A stretch of 62,708 bases of DNA, counting the filler, from Diploschistes diacapsis (Eukaryota), in the NCBI GenBank assembly GCA_023645945.1. It is 9 parts of 9 records of this genome, joined end to end, with 100 filler letters (N's around TTAATTAATTAA, not from the genome) between each part and the next. Parts side by side here need not be neighbours in the genome. Positions count along the whole stretch, not along the records: positions 34,511 to 58,596 come from JALAIB010000248.1; positions 58,697 to 60,652 come from JALAIB010002480.1; positions 60,753 to 62,708 come from JALAIB010002481.1; 6 more parts are not named here. One strand, 5' to 3'. Below, in pieces: positions 47,670 through 60,963 of the stretch. Below the pieces are notes generated by a model. The model was not told the DNA's origin and searched no databases. It saw only the letters and a list, made by a program, of their open reading frames with translations. How positions within the stretch are numbered: position 1 is the first letter of the stretch; each line of letters begins with the position of its first letter. Made by a program: the position numbers and the translations under genes.

Positions 47670-48934
47670 AACTGCTGAGTCTTTTATAGGGTTATGTTAT
47701 CAACCACGTCGATCGTGTTGGTCTTCGTGAGCTTCAGTGAATGCTAATCGAGCGTCGCAAAAAGCTCCATGGACTGGTGAGCTCCAGGGCTGAAGCTCGG
47801 GGTCCGGGGTAATTGCTCTGTTCAGCGCCAGTCATGGAAGGTTAATCGAGGGTGAACCGGCTATATGAAATGAACAATTTACAGCCAGATTTTGGGTACG
47901 CCGAGGCTGGATGGGACGAGCAGAGTACAAGCACTGGGATGTGGACTTATCGGGTGTTGAGTAATAGTCACCCGCATTCACCACCAGAAATGGTGGTCCG
48001 ACTGGGCACAAGGCTGACTGACTGTGGCCCTCGATCTTCTTCGGATTAACCTTTCCCCTTTCCCTTTTCCCCCGGTTTTTAGACAATTTTATTTGTGGCA
48101 GTTTACAGAGAACTTGCGCGATCTATATGTTAGCTTGCAGCATAGAGTCTCGTATCTTGCTCTTTCGCTCTCCTACAAGTTACTACAACTTGCCTAAACA
48201 TCAACCACTCTTTCCTGATGATGTCATCGGGAGCGGGTTGGCGGTTATCCCACGTCCTATGCACAATTGCGTACTGCATTTGCTCGAGAAGAAGCTCTGC
48301 ATGTTGCGCATCCCCCCCAACCACTGAAAGGGATAGGCACCGCTGATGGAACGTGAAGAAGATTTCGATTCTGCGGTGGAACGCCAGTAAGAACTAAGCC
48401 AAGCTAGAGCTGCGTCAGGTACAGATACCTTGTTCGGCAGCTGATTGCAAGGATGATAGATCCACAAAGGGAAAAACAAGAGGGGCATAAGCTTTCTTAT
48501 CGGTTGATTACTACTACTTGGTAGGCATGCCCCTCGCTCTGCAACAACGCAAAACCGGTATGTAGTGAACAGGGACCGCTTTGTTAAGAGCCTCCCCCTA
48601 TAAGAAGATCGCATGGAAAGGCAACGTTCACTTGCAAAAGGTAGATACTTTCGGGATTTGATGGTTGTTTGATTTCTTTGCACTGTAATCTGTTCCAGAT
48701 CGCATGCTCATGCTGATTGTTCATCGCTAAGCAGCCTCAGCACAAGACGGCCTTCCATCATATGGTTTCTGACGCCGTGAATGTGTGCCATGCTAGATCT
48801 TCGCTGCCGCTTAAAAACCACAAGGTCCGAGCCCTAAATTCCATGGAAACTTGCTAGCTGCTGGACTGTAAGCAAACTGGTAATTCATGTGCATAAGGAC
48901 AAAACATCGTATCCACGATTCGACCGACCCCAGG

Positions 48935-50608
48935 TCATGACTGTGCAGCTTCCGCCCCGCCGCTCCAGCCACTGCTGCCACTGCCCATACCGCCAGAGCT
49001 GTCACCAGCGCCACCAGCGCCGGCGCGACCACGTCCTCCTCTGGGTCCCCGACCGCGCCCACCACGATCACCACGGTTCCCACCTCGTCCCCGATATCCG
49101 TCTCCACGACCGCGACCGTCTCCGCGACCACGTCCACGTCCACGTCCGCCCTGGAACTCACCATGACCGGCCCCACGACCGCGTCCTCGTCCGTGGTGCA
49201 CCACTTCATGGAATCCGTCGTTGACCGGTGCAGCAGACACTGGCGCCGGCGCAGGCTCGGTTGGTACATCCTCGGCCCAGCTCTGCGTTCCTGAAGGTTC
49301 AGCGGGCGTTGCATCCAGGCCTGTCTCGGTCTCCGCAGGATCGCGTGGTACTTCAACCAGTTCGAAACCATCGGGGCCCGAAGTTACTGATTGAGACATT
49401 TTGACGTCCCAATTTGCCTCAGCGGCTGCGTTTGCAGCTCCAGCATCGATGCTGCTTGCTTCTGGAACCGCTTGAGTCTCAATCTGCATGTTTTCGCCAT
49501 TGACTTGCACATCCCCGCTTGCGTTGATTTCTGTAAGCCCAGCATTCGCGACAGTCGGATCAGTGTCAATAGCGATCGTGCTCTCCTCAGTAGGGGCGTC
49601 CGTGGCTTCAGGCACGGTAGCCTCTTCAACATCGGTCTTCTGTGCTGGATGATACGGTGGTGCACTTTCCACAGCAACATCACGTATGTGCTTGACTGTT
49701 ATCTAACTTAGCTTGGTCTTTAATATTATGCGCGCTGCTCTTACACGGGAAGTTTGAAGGCTGCCCTTCTACAGTTGGTACAATCTCATCGCTGCCGTCG
49801 ATGAGGTTCTGCATAGCTTGGACCGCGGTGTAATCGCCCCCATAGATAAGTAGAAGGGCACCTTCGAAGGCGAGGTTCTCCTCTGCCGTGTCGTCTCCAT
49901 CCGAACGCTTTGCAGCGGCAGCTCGCAAGAACCTGCTCAAGATCAAGAGCTTCTCTTCAACTAGCTTGTCGGCCGTCTCTTTTGCCTCCGCACGCGCCGC
50001 CTCTGTGGCTCTCTCAAGCTCTTGGCGGTGAGTTTGCTCCAGGGACGCTTTCTCAGTTGCAAGCCGCTTCTGTGATTCCTCATCAAACTTCCTGTAGTGC
50101 TCTAACTGATATTCGAGTTGCTCTAGGGATGCTTGTAACCCTGGCTTTTTCTCAGCTTGCGCTTTTTGATCAGCATTGAGCTTTCGCTCGGCAAGAAGCT
50201 GATCAATTGTCTTGCCTGGATTTTCGGCGATGATGCTGTCGGTCTTTTGCGTAGCTCCCTAATCTCGCTTCTCAATATTTGGCCCATGCTAGTGAAACTA
50301 GGCTAAGATATCTAGGACCTACCAACTTCTTCTTCACATTGCGGATATGTCTGGAATAACATGGTAAATGAATGCTATGGACACGCCGAGACGGAGAAAT
50401 CTTACTTGCTCAGCTCTCTGAGATAGGGACTTTCGGTCGAGCCTTCAGCTCCATTGATGGACAGTGGATCGACATCTTTATGTTCTTCGCTTGCTGGTGT
50501 TGCAATGTCCGATGATGCACTTCCAACAGTGTCTGCCTTACTCTTCTTCTTTCTAGCTGCTCTAGCCACGTTTTGAGGCGGGACACTTGAAGCTGGTGCG
50601 GCAGACAT
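48935..50608 (-). CDS. Caprin-like protein (N-terminal helical dimerisation region, C-terminal RGG box)
   Basis: PYLRELSK/HIRNVKKKL/..LNADQKAQAEKKP, an acidic linker, DGFHEV motif and an RGG-rich tail. Three introns. Confidence 0.8.
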
Positions 50609-51149
50609 GACGAAAAGCGGACAATGTTGTCACGGACAGGCTGTTGAGCGAATTGCGATTAATTCTCGTCCTATTTGCTCCCAATGTCTCTGGAAGAATG
50701 GTTGCTTGCCAAAGTTGCTCCACAGAACGCGTCTGCGCTCAGGGTAATCAGATAATCAGTAACTTGAGCTTATGAGAAGGGTAGCCGGCTATTTTATTCT
50801 TCTTTGCAAGCTTCGAAAAACCTATATTTGGGAGAAAAAAGGGTGCCTGAGCTTGGCACTAAAAGCTTACAAAAATCGGCGTTATACTTAACTTGCCTTC
50901 ACTTAAAGTTTACCACCCTAGCGCGCGATTTCGGGTAAAAAATAAGTCCGTTTTTTATTTTAACACGCGACGTTAGACCATTTTATTTCGATTTCAATTT
51001 TAATTACGACAACTTTTATTTATCTTAAAACCTTAATGCTATTAGTTTTTTATCTTTCTTATACAGCTTAAATAGCCTTAATAATAAGGTATAAAAAATC
51101 AATGGCATGTTATCCATGAGGATGGATTTTGTTTTATGTCTATCATTCA

Positions 51150-51712
51150 TAGTCTATTGTATCTTTCATGTATGTTGATTATAACTGCCGGGGTTAAGAA
51201 GATCGAACTCTTTCGGGAATCATATCGCGACGTCTATCATAGGCCTTGGTCACTCATTTCGTATATAGTGCGCCTGGCGGTAGACCTATTAGTTCACGAG
51301 CTGAAGCTTTTGCCACAGCTTCATAAGCTCTTGCCGCAAATCTGAGGTAGCAGCTTTTCCCCTTGTGTCGCGCCGAGCGATCTGAAAGGGTTAAGAAACC
51401 TGGGGGAGATCGTGCAATGGAGAACCCGAATCACCATCTTTCCAGAAAGAAAGTTTCGAGAGCTTCCAGGCTACTGTGACGGTACGTTAACGATCGAGAA
51501 TTTACTACTGGAAATATTTCAAGCAACCGCGATGAAGTGTTCATGTCGGTCAATAAGACTTGAACTTGAACTTTGCTCTGTGAATTCGGCGCCGACCACG
51601 ACTCCGAGGCTAGTCCCGAAGGCGGTAGTCCAGAGAAACCCAGTGGGCCGCTCTGCCAGAAAAAGGGGTCATCGTTCAATCGATCCGTAATGCCCATCCA
51701 GCCATGCCCTCC
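51150..51712 (-). pseudogene. Degraded ORF remnant in an AT-flanked accessory segment
   Basis: Frame 51431-51697 continues past isolated stops to ~51190. AT-rich flank at 50860-51150. No family recognised. Confidence 0.25.
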
Positions 51713-51799
51713 AAGCCTGTTCTAAAAAAGCTTAGTACTTTTCACCGCGCTCATAGCGCTGCTGAGGCTTTTAGGGGTGAGTCTTAAGGGAGAGAGACT

Positions 51800-52818
51800 G
51801 GCTTGTCTTATTCTGCCTACTGTAAAATTGTGTAATATATTTGGTGGCGCCCTAGTGATGCATTCTATCTAGTTAATGATGCATTCTGCCTAGTTCGCTA
51901 TGGCTCTGCCAGGTACTTAGATTTCTGTATAATTTGCATACAAATGTATGTCACTTACAGAAATACGCGGAACTATAAGTTATAGAAGAAATAAAATTTG
52001 ATTATTATTATGGCTATAGAGACTATATCGCAATAAAATATAAATACTAAAGCATCAAAAAATACTTAAAATATTTTAAAAGCAGCTTAAAAGCGTACTC
52101 TTAAACCTCCCATAATCTTTTTCATGTCGTGTTCCTCCTCCGCCCATTATGTTTCTTTTCGTTCTTCCTCCATCTCCGCGTCCGGTCGTAATAATAGATA
52201 ACCATAGAGCTCACCCGCAGCGCAGGGTCAAAACGCGTTAAAATCCGCCACAATCATCCGAAGGATGTCCGCGACGGCAAAGAAACGCGCCCTCCACGTC
52301 GGGAGGTCCGCAGGGAAGCTGTAAAACCTCCCCGCAGCAAGCAGCGGCGGCAAGGGTGTCCGGGCCCGCGCAGGCTCGGCGCGAGCGGCGAGGGCAGACG
52401 AGCCAGGGAGCGGGCGAGGCAACAGGCGTCGGGGCGGGCGAGGAAGCAACACCACGAGCCAGAGCGGCGGAGATGGCGTCGTAAAGCATAAAGTCTTCAA
52501 GACCTAGCTCATCGTTGTCGGCGACCACATCGAACGTGGCCGCGGCGGCGGCAGGGAGGGCGGCAGGGCGCGCAGGGCGAGCAGGGCGAGCAGACAACGA
52601 GGTCTCCATGGTATCTAAAAAAAAAATTAGAATGGTAAGATCAAAAACAAGAAAAAGAGCATGTAAGCGATCGTTAAGTAAACAAATGTGGCTGGAGAGA
52701 GCGCTAGTTCCATAGATACTTATGGCTGCATACAAATTAGTATGACTGAGAAAGTATCTTGAGAACCATGGTACTTATCATGTAATTTATGTGTACAGTA
52801 GGCAGAATAAGACTTGCC
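51800..52818. mobile_element. Non-autonomous TIR element (~1 kb) carrying a GC-rich Cys/Ala/Pro ORF
   Basis: TIRs GGCTTGTCTTATTCTGCCTACTGTA (51800-51824) and TACAGTAGGCAGAATAAGACTTGCC (52794-52818) match at 23/25. The left 150 bp recur at 58198-58348. Internal minus ORF at 52238-52609. Confidence 0.78.
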
Positions 52819-53100
52819 GTAATGCTCGGGTAAGCCCCAAGCAACCCAATAACAACACCATCAAATAAAAACCACGACGAGAAAATCGAAGAAAATAACT
52901 ACTGCGCCGATAACGGAAGTGTTGGCGGCTACGGGGTGTACAGTTGTATTTTGTTTCGAAGACATTGATAGTCGGCAAGTCCTCATTAAAAGTTTTTTGG
53001 TTGACGTCGCGAGATAATCCCTCTGCAAAGATGAGTAGATGCTAGGTCATAGGCGATAGTTACACCTGTGAGGCAAAAAAACTTCTTGCCAAACATAGCT

Positions 53101-54555
53101 ATGCAGAGATTGGCGGTCGTTTCTCACCACAAGCCCTGGCGAACTCCTTCGCCAACCGGCCCGGCCAGTCTCCTTCCGAGGCATCGGCCGCGATACGATG
53201 TTTCCCAAGCGCGGATCCGCGGGATTGCAACTGCCGAGGCAGGAGCGCTGCGCAAGACCGGCCTGTACGACGTGCATGTCGCCAACGGGGGCAAGATGGT
53301 GTCCTTTGCCGGGTATTCGATGCCGGTGCAGTACGCCGACCAGACGGTGAGCGAGAGCCACCACTGGACCCGCGCCAAGGCGAGCCTGTTCGACGTGGGC
53401 CACATGTAAGCAAGCAAAAGCAACCAAGCACCAAGCACCAAGCTCCCTCTCGACCCCCTTTTCCCCCCCTCATTCACCACGTACCAAGCATCTGACTTCG
53501 GGTGTTTGTCGGGTCCCAGGGTGCAGCACGAGCTTTCCGGCCCGGCAGCGGTCGATCTTCTGGAAACCGTCACCCCGGCCTCCCTACGCGGCCTGAGGCC
53601 TTTCTCCTCTACGCTCGCGTGCCTGCTCCACCCGCAGACGGGCGGGATCGTAGACGACGCCATCGTCGCCGCCCTGGGCTCGGATGCCTTCTACCTCGTT
53701 ACCAACGCGGCTTGCCGGGCCAAGGACCTGGGGTACATGTCCGAACAAATCGACCGTCTCGATACGCCGCACGGCCGGCCGCGCTGGGAGGTCCTCGACG
53801 GCCAAGGCCTTCTCGCGCTGCAGGGGCCCCTCAGCGCCGAGATATTGGAACGGATCCTCGTCGACCGGGAGAAGGTGGACCTGAAGCACATGTACTTCGG
53901 CCAGTGCCGTCGGGTGCAATTGCAGTTGGCTTCCGGGCGAGTTTCGCCTCCGTTGCTTATCAGTAGAGGTGGCTACACCGGGGAGGATGGGTTCGAGATT
54001 TCCATAGCACCCGACGTCGTCGTTGACGTAGCGAATGCTCTCTTGCGGTCCGCAGGACCTGAAAAGCTTCGGCTGGCTGGCCTGGGTGCACGGGATAGTC
54101 TACGTCTTGAAGCAGGAATGTGCCTGTATGGCCACGATCTCGACGACCGGACAACACCTGTCGAAGCTGGGCTGTCCTGGATAATCGGAAAGGACAGGAG
54201 AATAGCTGGGGGGTTCCACGGTGCAAGTATTATCTTGAACCAACTCAAGCCCAAGAAGGAGGGAGGGGGTGTTGCAAGGCGTAGAATAGGCATGGTGGTT
54301 GAAGATGCTCCAGGAAGGGAAGGAGCCGAGATCCTTGGGCCGGACGATGAAATTCAAGGTAAGGTCACGAGTGGCTCTCCCAGCCCAACGCTGGGTAAGA
54401 ATATTGCAATGGGTTACGTGAAGAGCGAATTCAGTAAAGTAGGAACAGAGCTTTGGGTTCGAGTAAGGGGCAAAAAGCGAAGGGCTAAGGTTGTAAAGAT
54501 GCCGTTCGTGCCAAGTAAATACTGGAAGCAGGCATCGGGCACGGCACCAGCATGA
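53101..54555 (+). CDS. GCV1: Glycine cleavage system T protein (aminomethyltransferase), mitochondrial
   Basis: Arg-rich presequence, [61 protein letters not shown]. Intron at ~53406-53519. Confidence 0.96.
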
Positions 54556-54711
54556 AGAAGAGCAAAATATTAGATTTTGACAATCGCGTCAGATGAAGGT
54601 TCTTTGAGTCGCTGGAGATATGTAGGATCCACGGTTTAGACCCAGAACGCATCATGCCACCTTGGCACGTCGAATACTTGTCGAACATCCCTTTGCCCTA
54701 GAGGCTGCTCT

Positions 54712-55522
54712 CTAATCATCGGTGATGTTGCTCTTCTCCGAGACATATAAGCCGTCTAAGAACTAGTGGACATGAGTTTGGACGAAGTCGATAGCGCATC
54801 TAAAATACTTACTTTGCGGATATCCTTGTTTCGCACCCGACATATCTGCTGTATGTCTGCCGCGCTTTGAGAAACGTCCTCCAAGGAGTTTCCGAAGAGG
54901 TGTAGCTCATCCTTCTGAGTCTTTGAGGCTTCAACATTGACACCTGGTCGCATAACAACTTTGCGAACAATTTTTTCCCCCAAGAAGTTTCTAATAGCGA
55001 TGAGTAGGATGCGTGCACATATTAAGTAACATAACCGTACCGAATCTCAACCTCATAGAGCCCCGTCTCGTTGTTTGTGTCAATGTTGACGTTGATAGGA
55101 AAATGAGCGTACACGTAGCGCATCTTGTACTTGAAGCCCTTTGTCACGCCGGTTATGAGATTCTTGATGAGCGTCTTTACGGTGCGTAGAGTTGCGACAT
55201 TCTTTCGGGAGCCATGATGCATCTCAATGATGATGGTATTTCGGTTCGGGTGGGAGAAACCCACAGCCAGATGCTGCAGGTTCTTGACTAGCTTCCCTGT
55301 ATTGCGGAGGTCAGGTCTCTCAGGCAAGTAGCTTTAAAGGGTCATAAGAGCTTACCTCGCGGTCCCTCTACAGTAACGATTCGTGACCTGATATGAACCT
55401 TTACTGCAAGAAACTTAGCAAATCTTCCAGCATGAGTGGTCCTGGCTCGCTAAGTGTAAGTCGAACAGAGACCTACCTTTATCTGGGACGTCTAGCGTCT
55501 CCTGTGAATGAATGTATTTCAT
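54712..55522 (-). CDS. RPL9: 60S ribosomal protein uL6 (L9), 5 exons
   Basis: [10 protein letters not shown]../VTVEGPRG/..[21 protein letters not shown]../[22 protein letters not shown]. Confidence 0.95.
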
Positions 55523-56105
55523 CTTGGCCTTTGTATGAGAAATACAACCACCACGGTCTGTGGACAAATGTCGATGTTGAATATCATCAGTAGCGTCTGG
55601 AGGATAAACTCGCGTGTGGGGTTTATGGAGCTTTAGGAGATGTAATTGATTGGCTCGCTTCCGGTTTTGTGATATTTGTACCCTAAAATGGCTGAGAGTG
55701 GGATAATAAGATAACGAGCATTGTTACTATATGGGGAGACAGGGGGGTTTTGAATCTATGTGCTTGCCCTCATAGCCACTAATTGATAGCATGATTGGAA
55801 TTAAAAGTTGCGTAGAGAGAGGCCTGGACCATCGGTGTGTCAAGTCCACTGTTGAGGTGATCTAATGCCGCACGGTAAGGGAAGCTCCTTTCATATTCAA
55901 GCACGTGCGTAGAACTCGCTGTCGCACTTTCGATTTGTTGCATTTGAATCTTTCTATTCCTTAAGTTAAACTCAAGCAAAATGATGCCTCTACAGGGGTA
56001 TCTTAAACCGTTGATTGCGTCGATTGCGCCGACAGTCCTACGAACCGTATGCTTTTGATACGGTCCGGTGGGCAAGACATATTAGTCTAGGAAAGAAAAG
56101 AACAG

Positions 56106-57971
56106 TCACCGGGCATGTAAATCTTTCATCCACGGCGGTAATCGCTTGTCTCGCTCGTAGAGAAGTCCGCAATTATGGCAGAGTGTCTTGCTGGATTAGT
56201 ATACCGTGCTGTGTGGTAAGACGATAGGACTTACCCCTTGTCCTGCAGGTCCGTCTCTGATGGCCCAAACTACGGACCCTGCAATCTTGCAATAAGAACA
56301 GCGCCAAGTAGCTCGGTCCCTATGAATTATTAACGTCACCTCGACGCTATCAGGAGCAACGAACCTATCCGACAAGAGACCGCCACCGCCGCCATATCCT
56401 GCGGATTCCGAAGTTCCTGCTGGTGTGCTTCCTCTGCCTAGAGGACTGAGACTCCGAAATCTTCTCTTGCGCTTACTCCTCTCGCCTCTGCCCATTGGCG
56501 TTTCTGAAGTATCGAGCGGATCTGCGTATCCAAGAGGCGCACCTGCGGCCATGTTTGTTGTCGAAGAGAACCTGGCAGTCTCGCGTCTCAATCTACGAAT
56601 CTGCCGTTCGCGATCGCCCTCCCTCTTCTCTATCTCTTCCTTGGACAGCATTTCGATCTTTGGCTCCCACTCATCTGCCAAATGTTCGGGATCATATCTC
56701 CATCCGGCCTCATGGCCGTTTGCTGCGGCGTTGTCAATCTCTCCACCATAACCACCACCGCCGACAAGTCCTCCACTTTCGCAAGCATCCTTTTTGAGCC
56801 GCAAAACAGCCTCATAGATTGCATGAGCCATTGCTGGTATCCATTCACCCGGTAGTCCTATATCGGCACAAGTTTGTTTTGCAAACGCCTCGGCGGCACC
56901 TGGTGGATGCAGAAGTGACCACTCGAACTTATCAGTATAAAGCTTGTTGAGCAAGTTGATATTCAGCGTGATTATGCAGCGATAAGTATCGTCCGGGTTG
57001 TTGATATCATAAGATTCAGCGGGTAACGTTACAGCGGTAGCAGACACACCACCCTCATCCTCTTGTACAATGGGTCGATGACCGGAAACCCTAGTTCCAC
57101 TGATGCCAATAGCAACAGGAGTTGAGGGAGCTGCAGGTGTTTGCGATAGGTCCCTTGACCGTGGCGGTTGAGCAGCCACAACAGTAGTCTCGCCAGACAA
57201 ACCTGCATTGACGGTGTGAAAAAGGGGATGTAGAGCTACGCCAGCGTACTCTTCGAGCTGCGTCCGAATCTGATTGCTGATCTCATCTGCGAACACTATC
57301 GGGTTTGGAAGGTCGAGCTCATTGGCAAGGATCATTGCGAACTGCTTTGGAGTGATGAGCGACTCGTGGAGATTCCAAAGGAAGAAATCCTTGAGTTTGT
57401 AACTTGGTGTGGGCTCGCCAGCTTTGAATTGAGAGTATTTACTAGCATCTTGTCCAGCATCTTGTGGGATGGGAAGGGCGGGACGCGGTTGGAAAGAAGC
57501 GATGTTGAGATCGATACGGATGGGAACCAGCGTCAATGGTAACAGCGATTGCGCGTGTACTTGCTTGTCCGTTCTGATCTCTTTTCAGCGTGTTAGACGC
57601 GGCAAAATCAGGCAAGTAACTAACTTGCCAAAATTTGGCTTTCCCATCCATTCCCTCCATATTCCTTGCGTCTCGATAGGCTCCAGAAGCTCTCTATTCA
57701 GCCTCTCTACGAGCGCGTCGCGTGACTGATCTGTACCTTGATCGCGTCTAGCTCGCAGGTTACCATGTCTTCTGGGGCCCTCGCTATCTTCGAATTCATC
57801 ATCATGCAACAAGTCTTCTGAATAATTTATAACAGTCGTTCCTCGCTTCGTGACGCGCGAGCTGGCCTGAGCGCTTGTGGATGGTATAACAGGAGTCAGC
57901 AACGAGTTGAGGTTGCTTCGTAGCCTAGGAGCAAATTCGCTCAAGAACGATTGTGGCTGTTGCTGTTGCAT
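56106..57971 (-). CDS. SFH1: RSC chromatin-remodelling subunit Sfh1 (SNF5 family) with C-terminal GATA-type finger
   Basis: TKRGTTVINYSED, LVPIRIDL, LKDFFLWNLHE, YTDKFEWSL, IEKREGDRERQIRRLRRE; then WRCSYC..IRDGPAG/TLCHNCG. Three introns. Confidence 0.92.
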
Positions 57972-58197
57972 CGCACTTTGTCTGCTAAGGGCAATTTGAG
58001 CGGTAACGTGAAAACGTCCACAGGGGGGGCAAATACAGAGGTCTCAACCTTCAAGCGAAACCCATCGCAGTAAATCAATAACTCGGGCCGGGCGTTGATG
58101 CAAAAACATTACATCCGCTTCGGCAGCTTTGAGCCTACTGAAAATATCTCACTTTCAAGCTTGAACCCGGGTGCAGAGATCTTGGGCAGCCTGAATA

Positions 58198-58596
58198 GGC
58201 TTGTCTTATTCTGCCTACTGTAAAATTGTGTAGTATATTTGGTGGCGCCACTAGTGATACATTCTGCCTAATTAATAAGGCATTCTGCTTAATTCGCTAT
58301 GGCTCTACCAGGTACTTAGATCTTTATATAATTTGTATATAAATATATTAGGCTGGCCGTTCCGTGCCACTGACACTGACACTGACACTGACACTGCACT
58401 GCAGTGAAAGCACGGACACGGACACTACAGCTAAAAAATCTAAAACACTAACACTAACACTAACACTGCACTGCAGTAAAAGCACGGACACGAACACCGC
58501 AACTAAAAAATCTAAAACACTAACACTAACACTAATACTACATTTCCGTGAATTCACTAACACTAACACTAATACTACAGTGAATTCACCGAAACA
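58198..58596 (+). mobile_element. Left end of the 51800-type TIR element interrupted by a hAT-like foldback end
   Basis: 58198-58348 matches 51800-51950. TAGGCTGGCCGTT.. and ACACTG/ACACTA arrays start at 58349. Confidence 0.8.
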
Positions 58597-58696
58597 NNNN
58601 NNNNNNNNNNNNNNNNNNNNNNNNNNNNNNNNNNNNNNNNTTAATTAATTAANNNNNNNNNNNNNNNNNNNNNNNNNNNNNNNNNNNNNNNNNNNN

Positions 58697-60356
58697 ATAT
58701 ATAATATTCGGTTAAAGAATCTATAACTATTAAGCTTGTTTAAGGATCTAACTGATCGGTTATTCTTTCTAAATAGTAGATAAATGTCTTTATCGGTTTT
58801 AAATTCTTTGAGCTTTCCTTCATTATCGCATATTAAGGCCAGTCTTTCTAGTAAAGTTATTTTATTTCTATTATGATTCTTTAGTCTAAGAATTCCGTAT
58901 AACATACGCAGATATAAGAAGCATATATTTTTATCATATTTAATAAATAAAAATCTATTCTAGAAAGTAAAGATCGAGAAGAAAGATAGGTCCTTTATAA
59001 TGATGATTTTATATAATTTATTTTCTATCCGACATCCATAATTCTGTATCTTTTTAATAATTAGGGTCAATTTTTTTACTTTTATTATTATAAGTCCTAT
59101 AGGCATAATAGGGGGCGAAGGATTGCCAAAAATAGATCCGAGGTTGTCCTGATTACAGGACCTTAGAATCCTTTGTTTAGTATCGATATTTATACAGTTA
59201 GACCCGGCGCGTTTAATAACCGTTGGTGAATTTTTAGTTTCTGATAGAGTGAGTTGTCTGTTTATAATTGATCTTTGTTCCTTTTTTGCTTTTATTATTA
59301 AGGCGAGGTCGACAGGAATAACCGAATTTGATATAATTGTTAATCGCGCACGTCGTAAGTTTATACTAGTATACGTTAATTTATTTATTATAAGTATAGC
59401 TTTTTTCGAGATTAATATAGTGGTTTTATTTAAAGATTTTAAGATGTTTTTAATATATTTAATTATTTTTTGAATATTTAAAGTTAATAACATCCGAGTC
59501 TTATGTATCCCGATAGTGGTTCCTGCGAAACGAGCGGCCATTATATTAGCTAGAAGTTTTTATATTAATTCCACGTTTTTATTTATCAGCGTAATTAAAA
59601 CATTTATTGACTTTATATAGACTTCTAGAGAGCCGTGTACCTCACCCAGGTACGCTAATAGCGCAAGCTGTTTCCCCTATAGTTTATTGGTTCTATTAAT
59701 GGTATTGCTGGTTCGCAATAACTTTTATTTGTAGTTTCTCGTGAGTTCCTTTGCAGACTCTTATTTTTTCTTATAGTTTACTTCTGATACATTTGCCGTA
59801 ATGTATGAACTCTTTCTTTTAACCTCTTTAACAAGCTGTCATAAGTAATCTATCGCAAGGTAAACTGCTGCCTCGATCTTGATTCTAGCTTTATAAATCA
59901 AAGAATATCTATCTTCTAGCGACTGCTTTTTCATATAATTAAAAAAACTTTTTATAATATTAAAACTACTACTATTTATTAATACTATTAATATTTAATA
60001 GTTTTCAACTTAAACATAACTCTTTAATAAAACTAAAGCTTAAGGGGTAAATAAACTCGATATTGTAATAAATACGCTAACAGATGTAAAAAATATGATT
60101 CCGGCCATTATCGAAGGTGATTAATATAACTGTCAAGCAGGATCTTAAAACGCAACGAACAAAATCTTAAAATAAAAATCTTAAAGTACAAACAAAATCT
60201 CAATACAACTAAATTCTTAAAATATATCAAATAAGATTTTAGGACATAATAGACAATAATTTAAACTAAATAATATAAAAACCAATATACAAAATCATAA
60301 AGTGTTCGACGCGGAAATAAAAAAAATATTATAAAAAAAATTTTCTAATACCCCCC
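58697..60356 (-). mobile_element. RIP-degraded repeat with a long ORF remnant, class unknown
   Basis: TpA-rich, with I/K/N-biased frames (58960-59541), bounded by a G6 tract at 60351-60356 and an LTR insertion. Confidence 0.4.
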
Positions 60357-60652
60357 TGTTACGATCCAAGTACCAGACTTGGCACGTCCCAGCTTTGTAT
60401 ATAGGTCAGTCACGGGACCAGGGGTTACGTGATGCGCTTACTGCTCGCGTTTATTCTCGTGAGCGGTAAGCAAGCTTTCGCCACCGTTTAACGGTCGCGT
60501 TTATTTTTATAAACGGCGAACCTCGAAAATATTATTCGTTAAATTTATAATAAACGGCGAGCGAGTTAATTATATATAAACACGACTTTACTTTCGTGAA
60601 AGAAAACGTATTCATTTTTATAAATATCTTAAGTTATTATTCGGGATTAATT
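60357..60652 (+). mobile_element. Gypsy LTR fragment (TGTTACGA family)
   Basis: TGTTACGATCCAAGTACCAGACTTGGCACGTCCCAGCTTT is identical to the start of the LTR at 29412. Confidence 0.8.
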
Positions 60653-60734
60653 NNNNNNNNNNNNNNNNNNNNNNNNNNNNNNNNNNNNNNNNNNNNTTAA
60701 TTAATTAANNNNNNNNNNNNNNNNNNNNNNNNNN

Positions 60735-60963
60735 NNNNNNNNNNNNNNNNNNTAACGTCTTTCCCCAGGAAACGGAACACCCCACGAAGCGGAACACTAC
60801 ATTATAATGTAATTACGCTAGATAGTTTTAAGCGAGCTTTTGAGCTCCATAACCACACATAAAATTATATGTACGAAACTAAATCTATTTTCAATTACAT
60901 TATAACAAGGTGTAGGGTTTGTGTTCCGTCCCGTGTGGTATTCCGTTTCCTGGGGAAAGACGT
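60735..60963. mobile_element. MITE related to 35035-35234, in inverted orientation
   Basis: TA|ACGTCTTTCCCCAGGAAACGGAA...TTCCGTTTCCTGGGGAAAGACGT|TA. Shares GCGGAACACTACATTATAATGTAATT and the internal GTACGAA.CTAAATCT. Confidence 0.85.

Noticed and set aside
47700..48900. Small ORFs between the caprin-like gene and the JmjC gene
   Set aside because: No motifs or codon bias; consistent with UTR/promoter sequence.
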